A stretch of DNA of 64,000 bases from an uncultured Spirochaetota bacterium (GCA_963734545.1 CAVTHO010000006.1:128001-192000), one strand, 5' to 3'. Shown: positions 10,671-21,598, numbered from the stretch's first letter. A program made the numbers and translations. The notes: generated from the sequence alone by a model not told the origin.

Positions 10671-10853
10671 TCTGGGTAACTCCTCTCAAGCCAAGAAGTC
10701 CCACAATCTACATCCATATTATATCACAAAAAGGTGGTGGCAACATGGCATAGTTCTTGGCGGGCAGCTCACCTGCCCGCACGAAAAACGGCTCCTTCCT
10801 GTTGCCGCCGCTTTTCTCGCGCCTTATCTTTAGCGTCAAGGAGACCTATTAAA

Positions 10854-11405
10854 ATGAAACGCTCAAGTATGTTCTCATGCGCGGTCATTCTGCTTCTGAC
10901 TCTTGTCGGCGCCACGGGTTTCGCGCAAAGCCTGGCCGTCACCACGAACAAGACCGTGATCGACGGGGCGGTGAAAGCCGACGAGTACAGCTTCTCAAAG
11001 CAGTTCGACTCGCTGACCCTCTATGCAAATCGAACGAAGGACATGTTGTCACTGGCAATCGTGGGCGACACGACCGGCTGGGTATCCGTGGGTCTGGGAT
11101 CCCTGAAGATGGACGGCGCCACGATATTCATGGGGTTCATGGGCAATGACGGAAAGGCGCAGTTCAAGACGCAGGCGGGCACGGGACACCGCCACGCGGA
11201 CGCACCGAAGAGCGTCGCGGACTCGGTGAGCGCATATGCCATCAAAGAGGCGGACGGCAAGACCACCCTGGAGCTCTCCCTCACCCCCGCTGCCTACATC
11301 AAAAATGGTCAGGCCGCCCTGGATATCATCTACGCCGTGGGTGAGGAGAAATCCTTCATCCCCCGGCACTCCTCGCGCGGAGCGCTGAGCCTCAAGCTGA
11401 ACTAG
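10854..11405 (+). CDS. Secreted DOMON-domain protein
   Basis: AAGGAG RBS, signal peptide, TTGWVSVGLG..MDGATIFMG, late His (IPRH) as in heme/sugar-binding DOMON domains. Confidence 0.75.
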   Translation: MKRSSMFSCAVILLLTLVGATGFAQSLAVTTNKTVIDGAVKADEYSFSKQFDSLTLYANRTKDMLSLAIVGDTTGWVSVGLGSLKMDGATIFMGFMGNDGKAQFKTQAGTGHRHADAPKSVADSVSAYAIKEADGKTTLELSLTPAAYIKNGQAALDIIYAVGEEKSFIPRHSSRGALSLKLN

Positions 11406-11481
11406 GGCAAATCGCGCGAAGCGCGATATCCGGCAGATACGTCTATCCGGATCAGACGGACCATCGCCCTACACGCTCCTA
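11402..11481 (-). mobile_element. 80-bp MITE/REP-like element, copy 2 (inverted relative to copy 1)
   Basis: Fills the whole gap between two convergent genes and contains both TAG stop codons. Confidence 0.8.
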
Positions 11482-12003
11482 TCGCCGGGGCTTCTCCGAT
11501 GCGAGCCAGTCGACCATGCCCTTTGCAAAGAAGGGCAGGTCGGCCGGCGTTCTCGAGCTGACGAGGTTGCCGTCCACGACCAGCGGCTCATCCACCCAGA
11601 GGGCACCCGCGTTCACCATATCGTCGCGGATGCCCACCGTGCTCGTGGCGCGCTTTCCGCGCAGGATCCCGGCGGATATCAGGACCCAACCGGCGTGGCA
11701 GATGAAGCCGATGAGCTTGCCCGCCGCGTGCATGTCACGCACGAGGGCCAGCAGCCGCGGGTCGCGCCGCATCTTGTCCGGCGCGAATCCACCCGGCACG
11801 AGGAGCGCGTCAAACTCCGGCCCGTGAAGATCGGCGAAGGCCGCATCGGTCCTGCAGGGGTAGCCGTGCTTGCCCGCGTAGACCTTTCCCGATTCAGGTC
11901 CGGCCACGACGACCTTCCACCCCTCTTCCTCCATGCGGATGCGCGGGTACCATAGCTCCAGATCCTCGTAGATATCGTCCACAACCGCGGCAATTCGTTT
12001 CAT
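11479..12003 (-). CDS. PfpI/DJ-1 family (type 1 glutamine amidotransferase-like) protein
   Basis: YEDLELWYP, VPGGFAPDKMR, ICHAGW, VDGNLVSSRTPADL. Confidence 0.92.
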   Translation of the reverse strand: MKRIAAVVDDIYEDLELWYPRIRMEEEGWKVVVAGPESGKVYAGKHGYPCRTDAAFADLHGPEFDALLVPGGFAPDKMRRDPRLLALVRDMHAAGKLIGFICHAGWVLISAGILRGKRATSTVGIRDDMVNAGALWVDEPLVVDGNLVSSRTPADLPFFAKGMVDWLASEKPRR

Positions 12004-12073
12004 CTCTTTTCACCCCTGCTTGAAGGTAGCTCCCGTGAGGCTTGCTCGTCGACGGGCAAGCTGGTCCAGCCTG

Positions 12074-12113
12074 TGTTCCAAAGTTGCACGACGGTATGTT
12101 CCATTTTTGAACA
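12074..12113 (+). promoter_or_regulatory. Tandem putative enhancer (UAS) boxes TGTTCC-N8-ACR
   Basis: TGTTCCAAAGTTGCACG (12074-12090) and TGTTCCATTTTTGAACA (12097-12113); same motif at 17026-17062. Confidence 0.65.
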
Positions 12114-12218
12114 GCAGCGGTCATTTGCCCGGCGCAGGGAGAGCAGGTTTTATCATTTAGTTTCATTTCCTCCATTTTCATCATATTCTTTCGGGTTTTC
12201 CCATCCTCGTAAAGGCGT

Positions 12219-12234
12219 TGGCACGCGACTTGCT
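12219..12234 (+). promoter_or_regulatory. sigma54 -24/-12 promoter
   Basis: TGGCACGCGACTTGCT matches TGGCACG-N4-TTGCW. Confidence 0.85.
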
Positions 12235-12305
12235 TAAATCATGCAGAAAGTAGTGCTGTTCGCGCTTGCCGTGAGCAGGCGCATCATTTTTGCAGGGGGA
12301 AGAAC

Positions 12306-12881
12306 ATGAAAGCGTATCGTAACATGATTGCTGTAGCCATCTTTTTTGTTTTCATGGCTGCAGGGCTCGCGGCGGCCCAGGACAAGACCGTGCCGAAGAG
12401 CCTGGTCAAGTTTGCAAATGAAACACTGACCAGCATAGGCAAGGATGCACAACTCGTGTCATTCGTGTCCAAGGACAACGCAAATCCCGTCAACGTGGAA
12501 AAGCTCAGGGCGCTGGATAAGAGATGGCAGGCAAACGATAACATGGAAGACTTCATGAAAGCGCTCCTGGGAAACCCGGTCTCTGCCCGGCTGCAAAAGC
12601 AGATCGCGGCCCACAAGTACATACCCGAGGCGTTCATCATGAACGCGCAGGGAACGATCATCGGGGAGACCAACCAGACCTCCACGTACTGGAAGGGCGA
12701 GCAGGAGAAGTTCACGGCCGCCTACAATGGCGGGACCGGAGCGGTCTGGTTCGGCAAGCTCGACTATGACGAAAGCACAAAGACGAACGGGGTCCAGATT
12801 TCAGTGCCCGTGATGAAGGGCGGAAAGGCGATAGGAGCCATCTGTTTCACGATCAACGTGGACGAGTGGGAAAAGCGCTGA
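12306..12881 (+). CDS. Stand-alone secreted Cache/PDC-like sensor-domain protein
   Basis: Signal peptide (AAA/Q); [36 protein letters not shown]. Confidence 0.75.
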   Translation: MKAYRNMIAVAIFFVFMAAGLAAAQDKTVPKSLVKFANETLTSIGKDAQLVSFVSKDNANPVNVEKLRALDKRWQANDNMEDFMKALLGNPVSARLQKQIAAHKYIPEAFIMNAQGTIIGETNQTSTYWKGEQEKFTAAYNGGTGAVWFGKLDYDESTKTNGVQISVPVMKGGKAIGAICFTINVDEWEKR

Positions 12882-12903
12882 TCGGCGCGCCAAGGAGCTG
12901 AAC

Positions 12904-15072
12904 ATGTTGAATCTGAAAAGGATGCGTATTGGCACGCGGCTTTCCCTGCTGATCACCGGGGTCACCATCGTGGCAGTTGGCGCGATGGTGACCGGGATCG
13001 CCCTGCGGGTGGGCAGCTTTGCCCGGCAGAACGCGATCGAGATCGCCACACAGACCGCCAGCGCCCGGGGGACCGAGGTGAAAAACAACCTCGAGAACGC
13101 CCTCGGCGAGGCGAGGAGCCTCGCGAAGGTTTTCGAAGGGGCCTCGGTTGTGGCGAACGCGGGCATCTCGCGGCGCCAGGCCAACTCCCTCCTGCAGTAC
13201 TTCGTGGAGAAGAGCCCGGAGTTCTTCGCCGCGTACGTGGCATACGAGCCCAATGCGTACGACGGAAAGGATGAGAACTTCGTGGACGAGTGGGGTCACG
13301 ACGCGACGGGTCGATTCATTCCCTACTGGACACGTGATGACAAAGGGGCGGGCTCCGTTGTGCCGCTCAGCGGCTATGACACGGAGGGAGTCGGGGACTA
13401 CTACATGATGCCGAAGAAGGTCCAGCGGGAAGCCATAATCGATCCCCGCCCGGATACGCACCTTGTGTCCCTCGTCGTGCCGATGTTCAACGCGAAAAAG
13501 GCGTTCCTGGGGATTACCGGCATAGATATCACGCTGGATCGGATCCACAAGCTCGTCGCGGAGACGGTTCTCTACAAGACGGGCTTTCTTACCCTCTATT
13601 CGGCGAACGGGAACGTGGCGGCCGCAAAAGACGCGGCCCTTGTCGGCAAGACCGCGGCTGAGACCGGCGCGAACAAGATCCTGCTGGAAAAGCTGGGATC
13701 AATCAACTCATTTGTCTTTGAAAGGGCAGGGACCGGCGGGCGCCCGCTGCTGACGATCGGAGTGCCATTTGAAATCGGCGCCACAAAGACCCGTTGGACC
13801 GTCGTTGCCGACATCCCCATGGCAGAAGTGCTCGGACCGGTCACTCTGATCATAGTCCTCATCGGCCTGGTCGGCCTGGGGGGGATCGCTCTCGTCATCA
13901 TCGTGGTGCTGCTGATCTCCCGATCGATCTCGAACCCCCTCATCAAGGGGGTCGGCTTTGCCCGGCAGATCGCGGAGGGCAACTTGACGAGCACCCTGGA
14001 TGTGAACCGCGGAGACGAGATCGGGGAGCTTGCCGCAGCGCTCAATGAGATGAGCGCCAATCTGAAAGACATGACCCGCCAGATCCAGGACGGCGCCAGC
14101 CAGCTTGCCTCGAGCGCCGAGGAGCTGTCCGCTAATGCCCAGCACCTGTCTGAAGGCGCGCAGAGCCAGGCCTCCACGCTCGAAGAGACCTCCGCTGCCG
14201 TCGAAGAGCTCGCCTCCTCGGTGGAGCAGGTGGCGCAGCACGCTCAGTCCCAGTCCGCCACGGCGACAGAGACATCAGGCCGGATGGAGCAGATGCTCAG
14301 CTCGTTCGGCGAATTCTCCCTGACATTGGAAAAGGTCGCAGCCAGCGCAGGAGGCTCGGTGGACAGGGCGCAGCAGGGCGCCGCCTCTGTGAAGCAGGCT
14401 GTCGAGGCCATCAAGGATATCGCCGAGAGCTCCGAAAAGATCGCCGGGATCGTGGACGTGATCTCCGACATCGCGGATCAGACCAACCTTCTCGCCTTGA
14501 ACGCCGCGATCGAGGCGGCACGGGCGGGCGAGCACGGCCGTGGATTCGCGGTCGTGGCCGACGAGGTGAGCAAGCTTGCCGAGCGCAGCGCGCACTCCAC
14601 CCGGGAGATCGATTCGTTGATAAAGGCGACCCTCGCCCAGGTGAAGCAGGGTGTCGAGCTCGCGGAAGGCTCCGGCGTATCGATGGCAGAAATCATCACG
14701 GGGACCCTGACCGCGTCCCGGATGGTCACGGAGCTGAAAAAATCCATGGAGCAGCAGGCAGGCGCGGTCAAGGAGATCGGCCAGTCGGTCAGGAATCTCA
14801 ATGAAATGAGCCAGGGAATCAGCGCGGCCACCGAGGAGCAGAACACCAATTCCCGGCAGGTGGGCAAGGCCATCGAGAGCGTGAACGACATCACGCAGCA
14901 GGCGGCCTCATCCGCGCAGCAGATGGCCTCCTCGACGGAGGAGCTTGCGGCCATGGCGCAGCAGCTCCAGGTTCTCGTGCAGAGATTCAAGCTCGATCAT
15001 CAGGGTGCAGACGAGGCGGACAGGGAAGAGACGCCGCCGAACCTGACGGCCGAGGTGAAGGCAATCGCATAG
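12904..15072 (+). CDS. Methyl-accepting chemotaxis protein (TM-dCache-TM-HAMP-MA)
   Basis: Two TM segments, GRFIPYW/DYY dCache motifs, [44 protein letters not shown]. Confidence 0.96.
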   Translation: MLNLKRMRIGTRLSLLITGVTIVAVGAMVTGIALRVGSFARQNAIEIATQTASARGTEVKNNLENALGEARSLAKVFEGASVVANAGISRRQANSLLQYFVEKSPEFFAAYVAYEPNAYDGKDENFVDEWGHDATGRFIPYWTRDDKGAGSVVPLSGYDTEGVGDYYMMPKKVQREAIIDPRPDTHLVSLVVPMFNAKKAFLGITGIDITLDRIHKLVAETVLYKTGFLTLYSANGNVAAAKDAALVGKTAAETGANKILLEKLGSINSFVFERAGTGGRPLLTIGVPFEIGATKTRWTVVADIPMAEVLGPVTLIIVLIGLVGLGGIALVIIVVLLISRSISNPLIKGVGFARQIAEGNLTSTLDVNRGDEIGELAAALNEMSANLKDMTRQIQDGASQLASSAEELSANAQHLSEGAQSQASTLEETSAAVEELASSVEQVAQHAQSQSATATETSGRMEQMLSSFGEFSLTLEKVAASAGGSVDRAQQGAASVKQAVEAIKDIAESSEKIAGIVDVISDIADQTNLLALNAAIEAARAGEHGRGFAVVADEVSKLAERSAHSTREIDSLIKATLAQVKQGVELAEGSGVSMAEIITGTLTASRMVTELKKSMEQQAGAVKEIGQSVRNLNEMSQGISAATEEQNTNSRQVGKAIESVNDITQQAASSAQQMASSTEELAAMAQQLQVLVQRFKLDHQGADEADREETPPNLTAEVKAIA

Positions 15073-15082
15073 CAGGTTTTTC

Positions 15083-15120
15083 AGGGACCCGGGTTCCCCC
15101 GCGACCCGGGTCCCTTTTTT
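15083..15120 (+). terminator. Intrinsic terminator
   Basis: AGGGACCCGGGT / ACCCGGGTCCCT stem followed by T-tract just after the MCP stop. Confidence 0.9.
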
Positions 15121-15217
15121 GTCGCTGTCCTCCCTTTGCCGGACGTCCCCGTAGGCAGGGACGCCGAGCGTAAAGTCATCCTCTGGCCTTTTTTGCCTTC
15201 ATGGTGCATACTTTCCG

Positions 15218-15607
15218 GTGGTGAAAAAGATCCTGGCGGTCGAGGACGACACGATCATCATGAACCTGATCGTCATTCTTCTCGAACGGGCAGGCTATGA
15301 GGTCATTCAGGCGGCCTCGGCGGAAGAGGGCATTGCTCTGGCAAAGAGCCGCAGACCCGACCTCATCCTCATGGACGTTGCGCTGCCCGGCCTGGACGGC
15401 CTGGAAGCCACCCGGCTTCTGAAGAGCGAGGATGGCACGCGGGGCATACCCGTGATCGCCCTCACCGCCCAGGCAATGAAAGAAGACATCGACAACGCGT
15501 ATCGCGCCGGATGCAACGGCTTCATCGTGAAGCCGATCTCCACCGTCGGCTTCCTGGAACAGGTCGCCCGTTTCCTCGCGGAGGGAAGGCGGCCGGAGAA
15601 CGGGTGA
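15218..15607 (+). CDS. Single-domain response regulator (DivK/CheY-like)
   Basis: AVEDD, LILMDVALPGLDG, IALTA, FIVKP. Confidence 0.92.
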   Translation: MVKKILAVEDDTIIMNLIVILLERAGYEVIQAASAEEGIALAKSRRPDLILMDVALPGLDGLEATRLLKSEDGTRGIPVIALTAQAMKEDIDNAYRAGCNGFIVKPISTVGFLEQVARFLAEGRRPENG

Positions 15608-15613
15608 AAGGCG

Positions 15614-17014
15614 ATGCCGCGCAGTCACCGCATCCTGGTCGTTGATGACGACCCGACAATCCGCAAGTTTCTCCGGGACCTCCTGGAGGCGAACAATCAC
15701 GAGGTGGACGAGGCGGCGGACACCCGTTCCGCCACGCAGATGCTCAAGGGCCGCGAATACGTTCTCGTTCTCACCGACCTGATGCTTCCGGACGGCGACG
15801 GCCTGGAGGTGCTGCGCGCCGCGCGCGCCAGACCTTACAACCCCGAGGTCCTCGTCATCACCGCCTACGGGACCATAGATTCCGCGGTCGAAGCGGTCCG
15901 CGGAGGCGCCTTCGACTATCTGACCAAGCCCATCGCGACACAGAAGCTCCTGCTGACGGTGGACAGGGCCATCGAACGGCGCACGCTGAAGGACGAGGTG
16001 AGCAACCTGCGCCGCGCGGTCGGGGAACGCTACTCCCCGCAGAGCCTGGTGGCGGTCAGCCCCGCCATGCGCCGGGTCCTGGACCTGGTGGACGTTGTGG
16101 CCGCCGCGGACTCGGGCATCCTGATCCAGGGAGAGAGCGGCACCGGCAAGGAGGTCATCGCGCGGGCCATCCATTTCCGCGGCGCGCGCGCGGCGCGGCC
16201 ATTCATCGCCATCAACTGCGCGGCGCTCCCCGAGGCGCTCCTGGAGAGCGAGCTCTTCGGCTATGCCAAGGGAGCGTTTACCGGCGCAGCCACCGAAAGA
16301 AAAGGCCTCTTCGAAGAGGCGGACGGGGGCACCCTTCTGCTGGACGAGATCGGCGACATGCCGCTGCTCCTCCAGGGGAAGCTTCTCCGCGTTCTGCAGG
16401 AAGGGGAGATCAGGCGCGTGGGGAGCGCGTCGGTGGGCCGGGTGGACGTGCGCATCCTCGCCTCGTCGAACAGGGACCTGCAGGCGCTCATCGGGGAGGG
16501 GAAGTTCCGCGAGGACCTCTTCTACCGTTTGAACGTGATCCCGCTGATCATTCCGCCATTGCGCGAGCGCCGCGAGGACATCGTTCCGCTGTGCCGGCAT
16601 TTCATGACGGTCTACGCGGAGAAGCTGGGAAGAGCGCCGCAGACGCTCTCTCCCGAGGCCGTGGAGATCATCACCCAGCACGACTGGCCGGGCAATGTGC
16701 GGGAGCTGGAAAATGTGATGGTGCGCGCCGTCACTTTGACCGCGTCACCCGAGATTTCCGCCGACGAGTTTCGCAAGATATACTCGCTGGGCGGCGCGCG
16801 GGCCTCTGGCCTTCATGCCTCCAACGGCGCCCCTTCGGCAGATCGGACAGGTGATACGGCGGGCCGCACCATGCAGAGCGCGGAAAAGGAGATGATCCTC
16901 CGGGCCCTGCAGGCCGCGGATGGGAACCAGACAAAGGCTGCGCAGGCGCTCGACATGGGGAGGAACACCCTCTGGCGGAAGATGAAGAAGTACGGCATCG
17001 ACAGCCGAGGGTGA
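15614..17014 (+). CDS. NtrC-family sigma54-dependent response regulator (REC-AAA+-HTH)
   Basis: GESGTGKE, ESELFG, GAFTGA, LLDEIG, WPGNVREL, Fis-type HTH. Confidence 0.96.
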   Translation: MPRSHRILVVDDDPTIRKFLRDLLEANNHEVDEAADTRSATQMLKGREYVLVLTDLMLPDGDGLEVLRAARARPYNPEVLVITAYGTIDSAVEAVRGGAFDYLTKPIATQKLLLTVDRAIERRTLKDEVSNLRRAVGERYSPQSLVAVSPAMRRVLDLVDVVAAADSGILIQGESGTGKEVIARAIHFRGARAARPFIAINCAALPEALLESELFGYAKGAFTGAATERKGLFEEADGGTLLLDEIGDMPLLLQGKLLRVLQEGEIRRVGSASVGRVDVRILASSNRDLQALIGEGKFREDLFYRLNVIPLIIPPLRERREDIVPLCRHFMTVYAEKLGRAPQTLSPEAVEIITQHDWPGNVRELENVMVRAVTLTASPEISADEFRKIYSLGGARASGLHASNGAPSADRTGDTAGRTMQSAEKEMILRALQAADGNQTKAAQALDMGRNTLWRKMKKYGIDSRG

Positions 17015-17025
17015 TGTTCCAACAC

Positions 17026-17062
17026 TGTTCCACCATGGGAACACCTGTTCCGTTCTGAGACG
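17026..17062 (+). promoter_or_regulatory. Tandem putative enhancer (UAS) boxes
   Basis: TGTTCCACCATGGGAACA (17026-17043) and TGTTCCGTTCTGAGACG (17046-17062). Confidence 0.65.
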
Positions 17063-17167
17063 TTCTGCGGGGTCGGATTGCGGCGCACAGTCTGCATGAG
17101 ACGTCAAAAACCATGCTTTTGCTCGGCTTTCTCCATGAAGACGGCCAATTTGCCACTGCCCGTACAT

Positions 17168-17183
17168 TGGCACGGCGCTTGCT
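17168..17183 (+). promoter_or_regulatory. sigma54 -24/-12 promoter of che operon
   Basis: TGGCACGGCGCTTGCT. Confidence 0.85.
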
Positions 17184-17228
17184 ACTCAATAGCGGCACAT
17201 TTCTACAATTACGGGAGGAGAGCTCGAC

Positions 17229-17592
17229 ATGGGAAAAAGAGTCTTGGTGGTCGATGATGCGAACTTCATGCGCATGATCGTCAGAGACACGCTGACACCC
17301 AACGGATTCGAGATCGCGGGCGAGGCGACGAACGGGGCCGAGGCAGTGGCCAAGTACAAGCAGCTCAAGCCCGATCTGGTGACCATGGATATCACCATGA
17401 AGGTGAAGGACGGGCTCCAGGCCGCGCGCGAGATCCTCGCCGCGGATCCGAACGCGCGGATCATCATGGTGACGGCGCTGGGGCAGGAGAAGATGCTTCT
17501 GGACTCGATCTGCCCTTGGCGTGAGGGATTTCGTCGTGAAACCGTTCACCAAGGAGCGTATCATCTCTGCCGTTGAAAAAGCGCTTCGCTAG
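17229..17592 (+). CDS. cheY: Chemotaxis response regulator CheY (frameshift near 17510)
   Basis: VLVVDDANFMRM, TMDITM, MVTALGQ; other frame continues DFVVKPFTKERIISAVEKALR*. Confidence 0.9.
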
Positions 17593-17615
17593 ATCGATCA
17601 TAGAAAGGAACCATC

Positions 17616-18140
17616 ATGACAAAGATCAACGCCAAGCACGTCAACCCGTTCGTCGAAGCCGCCATGCGCGTGGTGACCCAGGTTGCCGGCATCGAGGTCC
17701 GGCGCGGACACCTGTCCTACAAGCTGAAGGTGGAGCCCTCCTTCGGCGTGTCCATCATCATCGGGATCTACGGCTTTCTCACCGGGCAGATCGTCTACAG
17801 CCTTGACGGCACGCTGGCGGAGCGCCTGGTGGACAAGATGCTGGAGGGGAAGTCTCCCCAGGAAAAGAAGATCATGTTCCTGGATGCGCTGGGAGAAGTG
17901 GCCAACATGATCACGGGCAACGCCACCGCGCTGCTGAACCAGAGACGCGACCAGATCCTGAACATCACCACGCCTGCCATCGCGGCCGGCACCAACCTGA
18001 GCATTCATCTCATCCCCAAGCCCGCGCTGGTCCTCGGCCTGATCACGCAGTACGGGCCGATCGAGATCAGCATCGCCGTGGAGGAAAAAGAGACGCTCCA
18101 GGAGACCAGCTCGGTGGAAGGCACGCTCTCCGAGACATGA
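17616..18140 (+). CDS. cheX: CheX phosphatase
   Basis: NAKHVNPFVEAA, VSIIIGIYG, ALGEVANMITGNA (ExxN). Confidence 0.92.
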   Translation: MTKINAKHVNPFVEAAMRVVTQVAGIEVRRGHLSYKLKVEPSFGVSIIIGIYGFLTGQIVYSLDGTLAERLVDKMLEGKSPQEKKIMFLDALGEVANMITGNATALLNQRRDQILNITTPAIAAGTNLSIHLIPKPALVLGLITQYGPIEISIAVEEKETLQETSSVEGTLSET

Positions 18141-18178
18141 TGCGGCAGGCCGCGTAGAGACAGGACGGAGACATCTGC

Positions 18179-21108
18179 ATGGAAGTCAAGCCCGAGTATC
18201 TGGCGATTTTCAGTGAAGAAGCGAGCGACCAGCTCGGGAGTGGGAGGAATGCCTCCTGGCCCTCGAGAAGAACCACGAGGACACGGAGCAGCTGAACGGC
18301 ATGTTCCGCGCCATCCACACCCTGAAGGGTTCCGCGGGGTTCATCGGATTCGATGTCTTGCAGAAGGTGGGCCACGCCCTCGAATCCTCGCTGTCCGAGG
18401 TGCGGGAAGGACGGCGGGAGTACGATCCCTCGCTGGGCGACATTCTCTTCCGGGGGCTCGACCTCTGCAAGTCCATCATCAATGCCTTCACGAACGGCAG
18501 AGAGCCGGACGTGGATGTCGAGGGATTCCTGAGCGGGCTCAGCCGCCTCGATGAAGCGAGCGTACCCGCGCCGCCGCGCGACGCCGCGCCTGCTCCCCGC
18601 CGTGGCGGCAAACACGGCGGGAAGGCCGCCGCAAAGCGGAAGGCGTCCGCCTCCCCGCCCTCTGATTCTCCCGCTTCCGAAGAGCCTGCGCCGGCCCCCG
18701 TGCCGCGGCGCGGGGCCGCTCACGACCTGCCGCATCGAGGTGCGCATCGACGGGCGATTCCCGTGAAGCGTACCTGCGGTCATTCCTCGTCAAAGCGCGG
18801 CTGGAGCGCATGGGCACGATCCAGGGCACCGATCCGTCGCCGGAGACCCTCAAGGACGCGGACAGCCCCTTTGTCTATGTCGTGACTCTGGATACCCGCG
18901 AGGCGCCTGACTCCCTGCCTGCCGCGATCTGTTTCGACCAGGTATCCGTCGCGCTTGTCGGGCCGGAAGATGAAGCGCCGGACGCAAATGGCTCGGCGGT
19001 GCGCCGCCTCCTGCCTCCGCCGTCAAGGATGCGCACGAGCAGTTCCTGCAGAGCGCGAGACCCGACGAGGTGGTGCGCGTGTCCGTGCAGAAGCTGGACA
19101 CTCTTCTGAACCTCGTCGGCGAGCTGGTCATCTACAACTCGGGATTCGTCGCCACCACCCAGCAGCTTCGCGAGCAGTACGGAAAGACCCGCTTCATCTT
19201 CGACCTGGAGGAAAAGACAGAAGCCCTCTCCGCGATCACCCGCGAGCTGCAGGACGGCATCATGAAGGCGCGGATGCTCCCCATCGCCAACGTCTTCAAC
19301 CGCTTCCGCCGGGTCGTGCGGGACCTGGCAAAGAGGAGCGGCAAGGCGGTCTTCCTGGACGTGGTCGGTGAAGAGACGGAGATCGACAAGAAGGTGATCG
19401 ACCGGATCGGCGAGCCGCTCGTGCACCTCGTGCGCAATGCCGTCGATCACGGGCTCGGAGACTGCCGCGCAGCGCGTGGCCGCTGGGCAAGAGCGCCGAG
19501 GGGACGATCCGCCTGGGCGCCTACCAGGAGGGAGATCACATCTGCATCGAGGTGGCGGACGACGGCCGCGGCCTGGACAAGGAGGCGATACTCAGGAAGG
19601 CCCTGGAGAAGGGCCTGATCAGCCGGGAGGAAGCGCCCTCGGCGAGCGCGGAGCGCATTCTCGGCTTCATTTTCCTGCCGGGGTTCAGCACGGCGCGCAT
19701 CGTCTCCGACATCTCGGGCCGCGGGGTCGGCATGGACGCGGTGAAGCGCGCGGTGGACGAGATGAGCGGCAGCCTTCGGGTACGCTCCACGCCGGGCGCG
19801 GGCACCACGGTGACCATCACCCTTCCCCTCACAATGGCCATCGTCACGGCGGTGCTCGTCGAGGTGGCGGGCTCCACCTATGCCATTCCGCTCTCCGCGG
19901 TGCGCGAGATCGTGAAAACCAACGACTCGATACTGAAGACCGTCGGGAACGCGCCGGGTCATGCTCCTGCGCAACGAAGTCCTCGCTCTCGTCAACCTCG
20001 GCAGCGCGCTCGAGGATGAGCGGGCCGAACGGTCCGAGGAGCTCCAGGCGGGATACCCGATCGTGGTGGTGGACTTCGAGGGCAAGAAGATCGGCCTGGA
20101 GGTGGAGAAGATCCACGGCACCCGGGAGGTCGTCATCAAGAGTCTGAGCCGCCACTTACCGCGAGGTGGAGGGCCTCATCGGCGCCTCCATCCTCGGCAA
20201 CGGAAAAATCGCGCTGATCGTGGACGTGGAGACGCTCATCGGCCTTCATCACCACGACGGCCAGCGGAATAGCGGCCGGCAGGGCAGCGGGCATATTCGA
20301 GGAGGCTGCCGCGGCATACGTGCCGCCCGCGCCGCATGCGATGGCCGCAGCGGCGAGGCCCCCGCGTCGAACGAGACCCGCCCCGCTTCCGAAGAGCGTC
20401 CCGCCGGTCGAGCCGGCCGAAGATCCAGCAGACGGAACAATCCATTGCAGGAGCTTGCCCGCATCGTGGCCGGGGAAAAGGGAAAGCTCCTGGAAGAAGT
20501 GCACAACGCGGGGGCCATCCAGGCCTCCATTTCCCTCTCCCAGTTCACGGGCAAGGAAATCCGGGTGAGTTTCCCCGAGTCACGCATGGTGGCCATCAAG
20601 GACGTGGCCGAGCTCCTGGGGGGCGAGGAATCCACCGTGGGGGGTATCTACGTCGGGGTCAGCGGCGAGCTGATCGGGGGCATCCTGCTGGTCATCCCGG
20701 AGAAGAACCTGCTGAAGATCGACGACATGCTGCACGGCCGCCCGGTCGGGACCGCCCGACAGGTGGCGGAGGTCGACGTCTCGGCGATGTCCGAGCTGGG
20801 AAACATCCTTGCCTGCTGCTTCATCAATGCCATCGCCGATTCGGACAACATCGGGGCGAACGCCGAGGTGCCCGAGATGAGCATCGACATGTGCCTGCCG
20901 GTCATCGACTCGGTGCTGGCACGGTTCAATCAGCCCGGCGACAGCCTCCTCCTCACGGAGGCCGTCGATCTACGGCGGAGGCATGGACGACGTGGTGTGC
21001 CACCAGCTCCTGTTCATGGAGCCGGATTCACTGCGTCGGCTCATGGATACGCTCTCGGGAAAGAGTGCGGTCCCTCACCTGCCGCCGCAGGGCTCAGAGG
21101 CCCTGTGA
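18179..21108 (+). CDS. cheA: CheA histidine kinase with C-terminal CheC-like domain (several frameshifts)
   Basis: Hpt FRAIHTLKGSA, VRVSVQKLDTLLNLVGELVI, HLVRNAVDHG, DDGRGLD, PGFSTA..SGRGVGMD, CheW-like GASILGNGKIALIVD, then EEVHNAG / SELGNIL CheC repeats in the same frame (20166 ORF). Confidence 0.88.
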
Positions 21109-21109
21109 G

Positions 21110-21598
21110 ATGGCAGCCAACACCGTCAACGTGAAGATGGCCGAGATGGACGTGGTGACCGACGGGCGCAGTCTGAAGACCATCCTCGGCTCGTGCGTCG
21201 GGGTCATTCTCTGCGATCCCGTCCGGCGCGTGAGCGGGCTGGCGCACGTGATGCTGCCCAACAGGCACAGCGGAGACGCCTCCACCGGCAAGTACGCCGA
21301 CACGGCGATCCCCGCGCTTCTCTCCCGGCTCACCGAGAGCGGCGGGCGCCGGGGCTCCCTGCAGGCATTCCTGATCGGCGGCGCGCAGATGTTCCCCATG
21401 GGAAACATCAGGATCGCCTCGATTGGAGACCAGAACGTGGAGGCCGCGCGCAGGATCCTCACGGAGAGCAAGATCCCCATTGTGTTCCAGGATACGGGAG
21501 GAAAAGCGGGCCGTACCGTGCTGTTCGACAACGCGACCGGCCAGGTGTCCGTGCGGACCCTGCAGGCCATCGAGGGCAGAGGAGAATCCACGAAATGA
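21110..21598 (+). CDS. cheD: CheD receptor deamidase
   Basis: TILGSCVGV, LAHVMLP, KYADTAIP, GGAQMF, DTGGKAGRTV. Confidence 0.93.
   Translation: MAANTVNVKMAEMDVVTDGRSLKTILGSCVGVILCDPVRRVSGLAHVMLPNRHSGDASTGKYADTAIPALLSRLTESGGRRGSLQAFLIGGAQMFPMGNIRIASIGDQNVEAARRILTESKIPIVFQDTGGKAGRTVLFDNATGQVSVRTLQAIEGRGESTK

Noticed and set aside
10746-10760. Third sigma54 promoter (TGGCATAGTTCTTGG) before the DOMON gene
   Set aside because: The -12 element is TTGG, not TTGC, and no TGTTCC enhancer boxes are seen upstream
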